Positions 50,593-64,000 of a DNA stretch of 64,000 nt are shown here, one piece after another. The notes beneath the pieces are model-generated. The model did not search any database, was not told where the DNA came from, and was given only the letters and a program-made list of their open reading frames with translations. Position 1 is the stretch's first letter. Each line of letters starts with the position of its first letter. The DNA is from Sphagnum compactum (Eukaryota): positions 26,402,213-26,466,212 of the forward strand of contig OZ234493.1 of assembly GCA_965153455.1 (NCBI GenBank), in the 5' to 3' direction. The translations under genes were made by a program, and so were the position numbers.

Positions 50593-51207
50593 CAGGGGAT
50601 TTTTTTTTTCGGCGAAATTTCGCCAAATGGCGAATTTGTTTTTGAGATTGTCGGAAATTGATTGTTTTTTGAGTTTTGAATCTCAGAATTTCGATATATA
50701 TATATATATAAATCGCCAGATTCTATCCTAAGTTGCAGCAGGTAGCCAATAATATAGAAGGATGCTAGATTTGTTGGTCGTGCCTACCAACGCAATTAGG
50801 ATATTGTGTTTAGATTCATTATAGAGTATAGTAGCTTAAGGAATTCTGGCCCCCTCTAGGTAATAAATAATAATAGGTCTATTTTTAGAGGAGGATTTTT
50901 AAAAGATGATATTTTGGCTTGTGTTGAAACTTGAGATATTAGTTATAGAGTTATGATATCTTGAAGGATTTTTAGTTTCTTTTAGAGGATTTTTTGAAGA
51001 TTATATTTTTTCATGGTGAAATATTTGAGTTTCCATAATTCTTCGTTTGCCTTGAATACTTTTTAATGTAAATGGCAAGGCCACGGTGTGACACACCCCT
51101 TTTTTATTTTCATATTTTGTTTAATTATCGCCAAATCTCACTAAATCGTCTTATGGATGATCGCCACTTCTGCTACATCACAAAATTGAACAAAAAAATC
51201 AGTCCTG
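50593..51207 (+). mobile_element. hAT MITE family A copy with 8-bp TSD, interrupted by an LTR fragment
   Basis: TIR caggggatttttt / aaaaaaatcagtcctg; flanks cacaagag / cacacgag (7/8 identical); family motifs on both sides of the insert. Confidence 0.85.
50772..51105 (-). mobile_element. LTR-like segment (322 bp, TGT...ACA) preceded by a polypurine tract
   Basis: The minus strand reads aaaaaaggggtg|TGTCACACCG...GACCAACA. Absent from other family A copies; no TSD. Confidence 0.6.
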
Positions 51208-51419
51208 CACACGAGTTCAAACGAAGCGGAAAGACTGTGTTCGTTCACTCACACGTTTGTACTTCGACGTAGGTACCCTTGTGTGAGGAGGGTATGAGAA
51301 ATTTCTGGAAAGGGTACCGGACAAAGTGGGAGGGGCCTCTGGAAAATCTGGAAGGATCTCTTGAGACCCTCTTTCTCCAGAATACTGAGGGTCTTCAGAA
51401 TACTTGTCACGCTTCAGGG

Positions 51420-51640
51420 TGCAATTTGGGAACCTGATGGGAACCCATTGGGAACTTGATGGGAACAAAAGAAAAATGAAAATATCCCCCCCCCCCCAAA
51501 AGTTAAAAGGAGAAAAAAAAAAGCACTTTGAGTGCATGCTGAGCCTTCCCATTGGCTGCATGAACTTTTTATTTCCAAAACTGTTCGTCACCATTTTTGG
51601 CCTGGGCTAATACCCTCATTATAAACTGGGGCTACTTCTT
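51420..51640 (+). repeat. Interspersed repeat family B copy
   Basis: ttgggaac repeats plus gagtgcatgctgagccttcccattggctgcatg...caccatttttggcctgggctaataccc, similar to 26680-26870. Confidence 0.7.
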
Positions 51641-52399
51641 TTGGTATGAGTAATATAGTGTTGGTATGAGTACATGTTGAAGATTTATTTTATTTTTTTC
51701 CTTGATGAGAGGGATAGTGCCCTCATGGATGGAAATTCATTTTTTGGGAGAGGTAAAGTGGTATTATGGGTTAAATTTCATTTTTGATTTTTTTTTAAAG
51801 GAAATTGCATTCTAGGGGTATAAGGATGGGACTATATGAGTGAGAAATTTTTTCAATTTTTCTTTTCTTTTTTCAATCTCACTTCACTTGAGAAATATGG
51901 CTTCGTCTATGAGCTACGGTCATGGTTTGTCAAGGGATGATTCGAGTTCCTCCTCGAGTAACAACAAGAAGTTATTTGATGAAAAGGGAGTATCATAGCT
52001 GTTGTCAACAAATGGGAATATTTTTATTTTTACAAAGTTAGAGGAGGGTTGGTGAATAGTTGATGGACCCAAATGTAGGTGTGTGTGGGATGTTTTGGCT
52101 ATAATGTAGACTATATCAAGTTTGTTTATGGCCTTCACCAATTTCATTTTGGGAGAGTTTGGGTAGTTCATGTAGCTAATGGTCCCTACTATCATCAGGC
52201 ACATGAGGTTTAACCTAGTGAGTTTCAAAAGTTCTTATACTAGTGGTCTCTCTTATCATTAAGCACACTAGGTCCATAGGTGAAGGCCACCACATTTTGA
52301 AGAGATTATTTAAAGTGACCTCGGAGCAACATTTATTTAGTTTTATCCTTTTATTTCGATCATGATAATGTCACCATGTATGACACTCTATTGTGGAAA

Positions 52400-53635
52400 T
52401 GGAGCAACATGTATGACACTTTATGATGGAAATGGGGAACAAAAATGCACTTAATGATGATGGTAGATTTTTATTGCATCTTGCAATAAATTTTTCAATG
52501 TTAAATTTTTTTTTAACAATGTACCATTGAAGAGCAATTTACCATGCAATTTAGCAATGCATGTTCCTCAATTTTAGGATTACAGAGTGGATTCTTTAAT
52601 GATATTTTTATCAAAATCTGTAAACCTTAAAACAACACAATGTTGGATCAATGTGGGTTGTCCATTTATTTGGATATTGAATATTCCAAGGTCATTTCAT
52701 GGTATGATCATCTTACACCAATCTAAGATTTTATAAAAATCGGCATTAGTTTTTTGTACACATGAACAAGTGTTTCAAATATATGTTGGGTGCAAACATA
52801 ATCAAATGAGCCATAAAATATGTTGAATGACCACCAAAAATTTTAACTTTGTTGCATATATTTATATATTATCATTTTAATGTCATGTTAATTATGAGAA
52901 GTTGTGCTTAAAAAGTAATATGATTGTTGAGGAATTTAAATTAAATATGTATTTGATTTAATTTTGCATTTTTTTATAGTAAAAAACTGTTGAACTTCAA
53001 CAACAATTCTTTTTTAAATAATCTATTTTGTAAAGGACTAAGCTAAGGACTTTTTTAATAAAAACATTTTGATAGGAGAAAAATTGAAATGATAATAATC
53101 TACTACCCACACTCAAAAAACACTCACCTGTTAAAAGTTGTGGAATATAAAAAATTCACAAATTCAAAATACATTTCAAAGTTTAAAATATATATTTTTA
53201 AATTACCACATTAAAGCTTACAATAATTAACATATTTTGGTATGACTTGAAAGTATGATCATTTTTCAAAATAAAACATATTGTCATTTGACCCTATTGG
53301 GAAACCTAAGTACATGAATGAGAATATGTTTATGATGTGTCACATTGGTAAATATGAATTAGCCCTTGGTATAGATGTGGATGAAATTAGGGTCAACAAT
53401 AAAATGCATGCATGTTATAGGTTTAAGGTGGAGTGGGGCATTGGAGGTTTCAAACACAAATGGAGAAGGTTCATAATGGTATGATTCCACAAAATCAAAA
53501 TATAATTATTTATATAGGGTAATTGTTCTATGAACTAACTTTTTACACATACATTATCCAGATCTCATATTTGAGGTCATTAGTGACCACCTAAATAACT
53601 CAATAGACGATTATTGGGATGATGATTACTAATTG
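52400..53635 (+). mobile_element. Decayed PIF/Harbinger transposase (DDE_Tnp_4-type)
   Basis: 53281-53484 encodes YM.ENMFMM...NKMHACYRFKVEWGIGGFKHKWRRF, the Harbinger third-acidic-residue motif (H...R..VE..IG.LK.KWR). Boundaries approximate. Confidence 0.7.
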
Positions 53636-56600
53636 TAAGTCTAACAACTCTTTATTTTTGGTTCAAACTCTATATCTGAAATCATTCCATTTTCTAGCTA
53701 ACCTCAAATTGCCTATGTAAATGAGTTCTTCACTGCATTAACATTTACCTTCTCTTTTAACAAAATTATTTGGTTGTTCACACTAGCCTCCATCTTGTCA
53801 ACAATAGTTGTGAAGTTTTAAAACTATGATTACAACATTGTGACCTTTGTTAACATCTTTTCCCTTGGTGTAGATGCAAAGTTTGGTGTTAATGTAACAA
53901 TAGATATTAATGAATGTTTTAGCATTTCATTGAACATAGAAGTAAAGTTAACATTAAGAGATGAAACATGTGATGGAATTGTTGTATTGTTACAATATGA
54001 ATGATTATCACATTTTGAACACATTCCATGTTACATGTCCCTTTGTGATTTTCAATCATGTTAACACATCATTGTTTTGCAACACTACCCCATTTGCACC
54101 TTCTTCATTTGTCATGTTGATCTTTAATTCTTTCAATGTATCTTGCAATCTATCCTTGAATGTTTCTTCATAAAAGTTTGATTTTAAATATTGTTGTTTA
54201 TAGTGTTAATACACAATCTAGGACCATTCGATTATTTTAAACACAATCAAAGGTAAAAACCTAAATTGAGGCTACAAAAGCTAGGAATAAAAGAAGGTTT
54301 AGCGGATCTTTGAGGGTTTGTGCAAATTAAAAAAAGGGAGATTAAAGGCTATAGAAGGTTAAACGTGTTTACAAATTCAAAAAAAGGTAAAAGATCATCA
54401 TAAAAGGTTAAAGAGTGATTAGAGGGTCTATTAAATCCAAAAAGGTGGTGAAAGAGTTTATTGTGTCAAATCTAATGAAGAATATTCACCTTTATTTAAT
54501 AAGGTTTGTATATTAAACTAGCAAGATCAAGAAAATCAAAGAGATCATCGTAACAAACCAAACAAACCTCATCACAAATCATTGTGTTTAAATCCATTCA
54601 CCTTGTTTGTAATCAAATCCAAAATGTTAAAGCATATAAATATGAACATAACCATTCATGCAAACAACTTTTTAAATGTTAAAATTGGGAAAAACCAACA
54701 AACTATAAATAATGGATTCAACATTTTTTTGATAAATGGTATTTTTTAAACCAACAAAGTATACATTATTAGAACCAACAATTTGGGTTAGTACGTTAAA
54801 AAAAGGTTTGATGAAAGTTTTATCATATGTGAGTTTTCCCTTTAAGTCTAGATTGTTTAAACCTTTGCAAAAGGTTCGAAGCTTACCTAGTCCCATCCTA
54901 ATAAAACCATTAAATAACAAATTAGTTGGAGAAGGGGCTTACTAGGCTTCAATGGCCCAACCTCCATGGTATTGCTTTCATGCAAACATTCAAAACAAAT
55001 AAAAGCCTTAGTATCATATCTATTTTTTTCTTTCAAAGAAAGTTGTTGAGTTGTTATTAACAACTTTGGTATGGTGCTTGAATGAATGAAAAAGTCATTG
55101 AACAACTTATCCAATGGTGTATGCACAAAAATAAGTCACCACCCTAACTTTTGTTATTGTTTTGAAGCAATTAAAACCTCACTATATTTCATTTTTAAAA
55201 GCATAAATCAATTTCAAAATGAAAGGAACTCAAAATTAAGGAGCATGAAACAAAAAACCAAGGAACTTATGACAAAGGTTGTTGGCTTGTAATATTATAT
55301 TAATGAATGGCGGTTGTTGGATTCCACTCTTTCGAATCTTTATGATGATTTTTATAACAATCTATAGCCTTGATTCATTGTGTGAAAAACATGTGGGAGA
55401 GGTGTTGGCACCATTTTTGGAGAATTCCGAAAAGTGTAATTTATTATGTATATTATTTTTTTAGCCTACCTTGCTTACCTATTGTTATGGACATATGAAA
55501 AACGTACAAAAACATAGTTGTGAGCCTTATAGACACCATTATTGTCTTCTTAAAACGATTTTGGTTCTCTAAGCCATTAAGGACATTTAAACTTAATTGT
55601 GTGTTGATTATTCATTTTAAAAATTAAACATTCTTGCTTTTAGAATGAAATGTAAAATTGTATCTCAGTATTTACAAAGCTAGGTTGAACCTATTTCCCA
55701 TATATTTATATTTATTAATTTTCTAAATAATGTTTATAGCAATCGTCATGTTTTAGTTGTTGGTCAATATGCATTTTGAATATATTCATTAAAATGAATG
55801 GAAATACCATATTATCTTTAAGGGGGTTAACTTTAATGTGATTTTTTTTAATGGGAGTGTCAAAGGCTCAAATCTTGGAAGTCAAGCACCTTTAGAACCC
55901 ATAATGAAAATTGTTGCACCAATTACAACATCTCAAAATTTTAGGGATAATGGTTTCCAAGTATAATATCATAGTCAAAGCAAACATTGAAAAGGCTTAA
56001 ACATAAGAATGTTCCATTGATAGTGATTAGAAGATTGGAAGTACAAAGTGGATCCATAAATTTTTTATTTTTTTTCAAACTTGATATTGCAAAAGCATAG
56101 TCGAAACTCTTGGTTGGTGATATTTTCTTAGGATTTTTTATTTAATTCTAGAACAATATTCATTCATTATAGATAATTGACTTTTATTTTCAAACCATTT
56201 GGATTTCCTTCCTTCATAGTATATTCCCAAGAATTGTAAAATATGATGAATAGTATCAACGCCCTTCAACAAGTGGAAAAAACCATGGTCGAAGGTCTAG
56301 TGACTAGGGAGTGATGGATGCCCAATAGTTTGTGAAGCAACCTTCAAATATTGTTTAGAAACTTATGATAATAGGATATTTTACATCCAACAATGTCGTC
56401 AAGGATCACATTGACACAATGCATTGGCAAAAGAGACATGCATGATAGATAATGATGACACATTCTAGCATGTCATTGTTTATGTGAGGCCAACATCAAT
56501 TGTAGGAAGGTTGTAATAGCAATAGTTAAATATCTACTTTCCTAACCTATAACTCTCCATCCTGCAAGACCTAATTAATTTATCTTGAATATGGAATGCC

Positions 56601-58549
56601 AAATGTATGTCTACTTCATTTTTGTAACATCATTAGAATGATAAATTTTAAGGAAGACTGATTTTTTAAGTTTTATAATCAGTGTCCTAAGTAAAGGAAT
56701 AATGTATAAACTTAGTTAATTCAAGCCTTTTGAATACACTTGCATGATGCAAAGGGGTTGAATTATATATGATGGGAATTTTAGCATTAGAATTAAAATT
56801 TTACGAGGTTAGAATTAAGTGTGTTAATTACTTGAGGAGAGATGGTAAGTTTAGATTCAAAGATAATATTCCTAACATTACAAGACCAATGGTGTATGGT
56901 GTACATGATTGGAGATTTATCCCAAAAGAGCATTTACATATTGCGTTGGCTTAACATGGACAATAGTAGTGGAATTAAAATCAAATGGATTGCCTTAAAT
57001 TTGATGGAATTTAAGCCCAAAAAATTTAAGTTGATGAAGGATCATGGTAGTAAGGAAAATCTTGTGATTAAGAAGCTTACTTCATAATTTTACTAATTGG
57101 GGGTATGTAGTAAACAAATAAGTAATACGACTTGAAATAAAATGTGCAAAATAAGGACCCAAGTTGTTTAACAAAAAAATACATTAATTCTTAATTGGGT
57201 AAACTATCGTAGGGCTAATTACTCTATATAAATTTGAAATGATAAACATAAATATTGTGGTGGGAAAATCTAAATCAAAGTTAAATTATGAAACATGGGT
57301 AAAGCACATTATTGGGTGAGATTTTTAAAATCTTATCCTTCAAGCTTCCCTTCTCACCTTCTCTCCCTTGCTTGGGTTTTTTTCTCCTTGATTTTTTTCT
57401 TTTTCAAAATTTTTCCCTTTTATGATTTTAACTTCCACTTGAAAAATCTTCTTGTTCTTTTGACCTTTTTCACAATGTCTATTCATTCATTAATGTGATG
57501 TGTTCATATGTGTTTATGACTAAGGGGGGGAGGGGGGGGGGGTATTAGATAATTGTCCAACCTATTTTTATCACATTATTATCTAAATTTCAAATATATA
57601 CATATTAAAGCCACTCTATATTAATTATAATCCATTATTTCAGATTATTACACACTCAATATTATAATTAATTGATTATTTGAATGAAATGTACCCTATT
57701 TTAAAACTAAATACCTTATAATTTTTACCCAACAACCAATATATTATACCCTATATTTTTTCTCATGTATTTTTTAATTTTTTTAACTAGTGTCACCCTC
57801 CCCCCCCCCGCCCCCCCTTTAAGTTTATGAACAGATTGTAGTGTTCTTTTTATAAAAGATAGATATTGAATTTTGGGTTTTTGGGATGTTCTAAAAAATA
57901 AATTTGTTTAAAGTCATATATTTCTTGTAACCAAATTTTTAGATTTGTAGCTTAAGATGATGGTGCATCTTGTTGTGGATTTCCCAATAAGCCTAAGTTT
58001 GTTTGGTTTTAGCTTCATGTGAAGAAGTTACGACATTTTGAATGAGAGAATCCATTGTCAATAGTTTTTTGGGAACCTATTTGTTCAAATATTGATTTAT
58101 GATTTTCACATAGATTTTATTGAAACTTCATGATATTCAAAGTTTATTATGATGATGTTAGGTAAAGAAATTATCAATCATATTACAAAATAATCATATT
58201 AACCTAGCCAAATAAGTAGAATAGGATGATAAAAGTGAATAACATAAGTGACCTTGATTGGTATAATTTCACTACTTTCATATGTGAATAATATTTATAC
58301 TTGATTGGTATTGATGGGAATAATTATATGGATTATAACAATAGGAATAAAATTTTAAATAGATAAAGAAAGATTTATTGTGAATAGTTGTAGTAGAATT
58401 GTACAAATTAATAAAAAAATTCCCAAACATGACTAATTGCCCTAATTATCTTGGCATGTGGTGTCTGAAATCATTTTTTTGACAAGAGTGCAATAATGAT
58501 AATTAATTATGAAGGACTAGTTAACTTGCAAAAATCTTATCACTAACAT

Positions 58550-59120
58550 GCATACCTTATATGACCTTTTATTTTATCCTTATTATACCTTAGAGAGCCT
58601 AGACCATTTTCACCATTATTTCAAATTTAGACCTTAATCCTTGTCATCATACCCATACCCTAAACACCTTTATCCTTATCATTAACTCCATATCCTAAAC
58701 CTTAAAAACCAAGTTGACCGTTGTCAACATACAAGCATACCTTGAACAATTTTGTGCTTAAGCCTTAATTCCATACCTTTGACACAAACTTTAAACCTTC
58801 TATCCTTTTTATAACACACATGTACCCTAAACAATGTTATCTTTTAATTAGGTAATTAATACTTTATATCCTACACTTTCAAATGATAAAAATAACCATA
58901 CCTTAAACAACTTTATTCTATATCCTTAAACTCCACACCTTGAATTTTAGACTAGTATCACCATATCCATACCCAAACAAGTTGATTTTTATCCTTAATT
59001 CCATACCCTAGACCCTTAGCCTTTTCACCATTCTTTAAAATTTAAGTTGCCATTGTACCGATACCCTAAACAATTTGATCTTTTATCCCATATTCAACCC
59101 CAAATAAAATTAACCCTCAT
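58550..59120. repeat. Degenerate tandem array of ataccctaaac/ttatcctta motifs
   Basis: Recurring cataccctaaac, cataccttaaac and tttatccttaa at irregular spacing. Confidence 0.55.
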
Positions 59121-62100
59121 TCTAAAAAGACCATTGCCACAAAATTTGATTAATGAAAGTCCATTTATGATGCAACCCTAAGTTTGTCTCAAGGTATTGG
59201 GAGTAAACCTTTAAAACAATAACAATGAAAAGAAGGGAGAAAGTTGTGTGGGGCATATGAGATGGGATTAAGAGAATGTGACAATTGCAAGCATTCCATA
59301 GACTAAACAAATCATTTACACTTGAACTAAAGAATGTAAGTGGTTAGTTGTTAATAAACAAATATACATTTCTTAAAAACATGTACACAAGAATTTCATT
59401 ATTCCTATTCATGCATGTTCAAACTAAACACAACGTATGGATTCAAATTCAAAAAATAACAAGACAATTTTATGAATATTATTGCAAATGAACAAGAATA
59501 CAAAAGATTCAAACACATTTCCTTAAATAGCCTCTAAATGATTCTTACTAGTAACTAAAGTAGGAATATGTTAACTAACAAGATACTACATATTCGAACT
59601 TAACATTTACAAAAGTCGTATTTGTACTTAAATATACATTCACATTTATTTATTTAATTAAAATAATAATTAAAAATATAACTTAACACTTTAAAAGGCC
59701 AAATTTTTATTTAATATAAATTAAAATTTAATTAATAAAATTATTACAAAATAACATTTATAAACATCAAATCTATGTTTAATACATGTTAATATCTAAC
59801 TAATAATTACAAATTAACTTTTATAAGGTGTGGGCAAGGTAAAATAGATAAAAAAAAGGTAGTCCACCCAACATCTAATTATAAAATGGAACAATTTTTT
59901 ATATGGACACAAGAAAATAGATTCAAAATATTTTACAATAGAAATATAAAATCATAGGACCCTACATTTAGTTTATGGGAAGTTGGGTATAAAGCTTGAA
60001 CAACTTTGGTATCATAAAAGTAGGTTGAAAATACATTTGAAATTAACTAGGTCAAAATGGTGTTCAAACGTATTTCATATTAAATTTTTGATATATTATG
60101 AATATAACATTCATAATTTGATAATACATAAGTATTTCTTAAGGCTCCACTAAGTTGATTTTTTAAAAATCAATCTTTCATCTACATGTGGCCCATTTTG
60201 TAAAATCAAACATTTTGTGCAAGTAGAATTTTTTTAAAAATCTACTTAAATCTACTTTCAAGATGGGACTTTTCAACATTTTAAACATAAAATGAAAGAT
60301 TATCATCATGTTAATTATTTTACATTTTTTAAGAAAATCAATACATTAAAACTTTCTCATGGCCACATGTAATTTGTTTTACAAGGAATACTGAACTGTC
60401 TACTTTACCTTGCTTGCACCCTATAAAAGTCAAATATGTGATTATTACAAGGTGAATATTAGTGCAAATGGAACCAACCTTAAGGATCATTTACATGTTT
60501 TAATGGATTCAATATGTTCACATGGTCATAACTTGTGAGGAGGCCACCATTTTTTTTTGTATAATATATTTCATGATTGGTGATGGAAGATATAATGAAA
60601 TTGTTAAATTTTTTGAAGAGTTTGAAATTCCCAAATTATGAGTTCTATAACTTTACAAGCTCATAATTCCCTCACAAGTTTTAATTGAGAAGTTTTGAAC
60701 TGCAAAGGTGTATTTTTCAAAAATAATAATAATAGTATGTTACAAGTTTCTATTAAAGGTCATTTAACCCTTTTTTTTCGAGTTTTAGTAGTTAGGAATC
60801 TTACTTTCAACTAATTCTTACCATAACTTTTATCTCATAGCTCCAAATGGATAAGTCAAACCCACTTTTGATACCTATGTTTCAAGACCTTTCTAATGGT
60901 ATATTGGAGGTTCAATTTGAGCCATGTTCATTACATACATTTTTACTCAAAGATTTTATACTCCTACAAAACTACAACTCCCAAGTTGATTATCATTTGG
61001 AAGTGTTTGGATTTTCTTCCCTTGCATTCTCACAAATTTTTTGAGAATGTGCACAAATCTTAAGATGCTCTTTTAGTTTGCATTGTCTTTCATGGCCCAA
61101 CCTTGGTCATGTGAACTCAATGTTATGGTCATGATAATTTAAGAACATAATTGGTTTTGTCAAGTTTTTTTTACCAAAAAACATACCATTGAAATTTGGG
61201 AGCTACGAAAATTTAAAATATTAGTTCCTTTTCATCAAATCCTAAAATATTATGATTAAAACAAGATTTGATCTATTGTTCCACTAAAAGTTCATGTTAT
61301 ATACCTCGCACACAAAGTTAATTCAAGTTTTATTGCTATCAAAATACTCACTAATATGATAATAAAATCTACACAAATCTTAATCTAGAATTCAAATGCA
61401 AATTTAAGAAATTAATGATTTTATCTTCACACAAAAAGGACAACAAAATGAAACAATATGTTATTCCATTAAAAGCTCGTGCCATACACCTCAATAAAAA
61501 CCAACACAATTCACCTTCCCAACTCAAATATGATCACTAATCACAACATTCAATTCAATCTCAAGTTTTGAATTTAAAGTTTACTAATGTGGCATGTGCC
61601 ATTAGCCCAAATGTGAACTTGTTACCAAATTAATTTCTCCTTCCAAATAGTATTCAAAGTTCAATATGTCCCACACCTTAAGTGTAAAAATTGCAAAACA
61701 TTCACCTCCATAAAATCCTACTCATTTAACATTTTCCACAATACCAATAATGTGCCCCAATTTCCCTAATTTGTTTTGTTTTCAATAACAAATTGTTTAG
61801 TATTGAATAACTCTTACATCATAAGTTTAAACATTACAAAACTACCTTGGTGAACTCCTCTTCATTGAAGGCTTTCCAATGGTACCAAAATTGTGATGGC
61901 AAGTACAATGGTAAAAGACATCTCAACATTACAAACAAGGTGTCACAAACATGTTGGTCCTGCCAATCGATAAGATGTTGTACATATGCATTTATGTATG
62001 TATATAAATACATCTATTATTGTGTGATTTATTTGAATGTATGTGCATATACATGTTTAACATGTGTAATCATGTTAAGAATATTATAGTTGCAATTTTG

Positions 62101-64000
62101 AACCACTTATGTGATTATAATTTTTTAAAGTCACATAATTTTTTTGTAATTGAAAACATTGATGTATGTTGATTAAAACAATGAAATCATTGAATGACCA
62201 ATGCACAAAATGGACATTCATCAAATAAAAATTAAATAATTTTGTTAAAGAAAAAAAATCCTTAATAAGATTAACATTTTTCATCATTAAAAATGAAAAA
62301 ATTCAAACGCAAAAGACAATTGAATATGACATTTTCTTGAACAAATGCAACATAACATACATAAATTAAAAACTTACTTATAATTCTAAGCATTCCATTA
62401 ACCACAAAAATATGAAATGGTTTTGATTTTAAAATTTTGACCATATATATATGTACAAAAAGAAATTAGTAATTCAAACCCCAGAATCCCATTGATTCAT
62501 CACTAGCCAAAAACGTTTTTATTATTTAGTGCAGAATCCAATATCCAAAATCAAAAATTAAAAAATCCAAATATTTGAAACTTGAAATTCAAATATTAAT
62601 ATATCAAAGTCCAAAATCTAGTTCCAAAATTTTAGTATAACACCAAAGATGTGTAAAACTAAAATAATATTATAGTCTACCAAAACTATCATATAACATC
62701 TCTATTTTATAACTATGACAAAAACCCTTTTAATTCACTATTTTGTGGAACTACTCTCATCCTAGCTTTTAAGCAACATTAGATGGTTTGACCCTTGTGT
62801 TTTTGAGCTACCGTCACCCTAAACTAGGGGATGTGACTTCTCACCCTTGGAAAACAAAACTGATTAACTTTATAATTGGGCTCAAAACAAATTTCCCCTT
62901 TAGTTTTTTTTTTCAATTATTTGATTTTGTCAAATCTTAGAGAACAAGATAGCAATGACCCCACTAAAAGCAACATATGTTGTTACTAATCTTCATATGC
63001 CTTGAAACAACACAATGAAAATATTTCAATTCCATGGAGAAGTGATTTTAGAAAAACCAATGATGTAGTCAAACTTACCATTGTAAAACTATTCTAAATT
63101 CGGTCAACACATGGTAGATGTTTTCAAAATCTTTATATATTTCATCCTTCACCTTAAATAACACACACAACCCAATATGTTCAATAACATGTCAATGGCA
63201 AAATATGTCTATGCAATACACAAATTGCACCCATTATCACACACCTTGAGCTTGTTCAAACAAATCCCCCTTACACAATAATGAAATTTAGAACATATGA
63301 ACAAAATGTGACGAGGAAAAAAATATACTTTTGCACTAGTCAGAACAATCTTACTAGACACAAAATGAACAATACCATCTTAGGTTGTTTCATTTTATAA
63401 ATCAATCCTAGCTCAAGGTTGTATTATAACCCAAAAATAGATTCTTAAGAGTAGGACATTAAAATGGACAAAACAGAAATGGGTTTTGCATGACCCAAGA
63501 ATGTTTCATTGGCATCATAATAAAACATTAAACATTGGGATTATCAATGTGTCATTCTAATAACAACTTGGGTATATGATAATATATATCATTATATTTG
63601 ATGGTAATCCAACACCATGCATAGTGGACATGAATGCAAAGTGTAAAAGCCTTTTTCCTACATGAAAAACTTCCCACATGCTCAAGGGAACCTTGTATGA
63701 AGGTTTAAAAACACCAGCTTCATAAATTTCAAACACCTTTAATGGAAATTGCATGAACCTTTTGCTAATAAAAACCAAAAACCAATGTTAAGATCTTGTG
63801 GAGGTCACTCCTTGAATATTTGAAAAAGCACTTGAGGCAAAGGGATTTTTAAAAATTTGCTATGAAATAATGACATATTCTTAACATATTTAAGGTATAT
63901 ATTTAAGCATATTTTCAAAATAAATTATTGGCGCCCTATATACATTCAAATAAATTATATTTTTATTTATTTATAATAAGTTGCACCCTATATATCTTTA

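Noticed and set aside
51705-51722. gagggatagtgcc resembling the miR390 3' half
   Set aside because: The 5' half does not match; no hairpin.
58550-59120. Interstitial telomere
   Set aside because: Only scattered ccctaaa within longer degenerate units, not a (CCCTAAA)n array.
54200-64000. Short ORFs in the last 10 kb
   Set aside because: Very AT-rich, probably decayed TE sequence; no motif I can assign with confidence.

Overview
AT-rich, intron-containing eukaryotic DNA from a land plant. A bryophyte, probably Sphagnum-like, is my impression from gene style and repeat families, not a search result. Five protein-coding genes are supportable: (1) the last three exons of a LysM-domain GPI-anchored LYM1/LYP4-type protein (330-1565, +); (2) a single-exon acidic uncharacterised protein (11394-12461, +); (3) a small uncharacterised protein (34329-34829, +) with a uORF-containing leader; (4) a RALF peptide-hormone precursor (43642-44004, +); (5) a three-exon 488-aa multi-pass membrane protein (50312-48348, -). 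The rest is mostly decayed transposon sequence: a hAT transposase with a retained intron, PIF/Harbinger transposase and Myb remnants, several MITE families and tandem repeats. Most interesting observations: RALF may lack its own promoter and be spliced to the upstream gene as a dicistronic transcript; one hAT MITE family sits directly in front of all three visible CpG-rich gene starts; a PPT+LTR fragment without TSD is nested in one of those MITEs; an inverted pair of TA-flanked MITEs; and duplicated AUG-stop motifs in a 5' leader. Family assignments come from motif recognition only; no searches were run.
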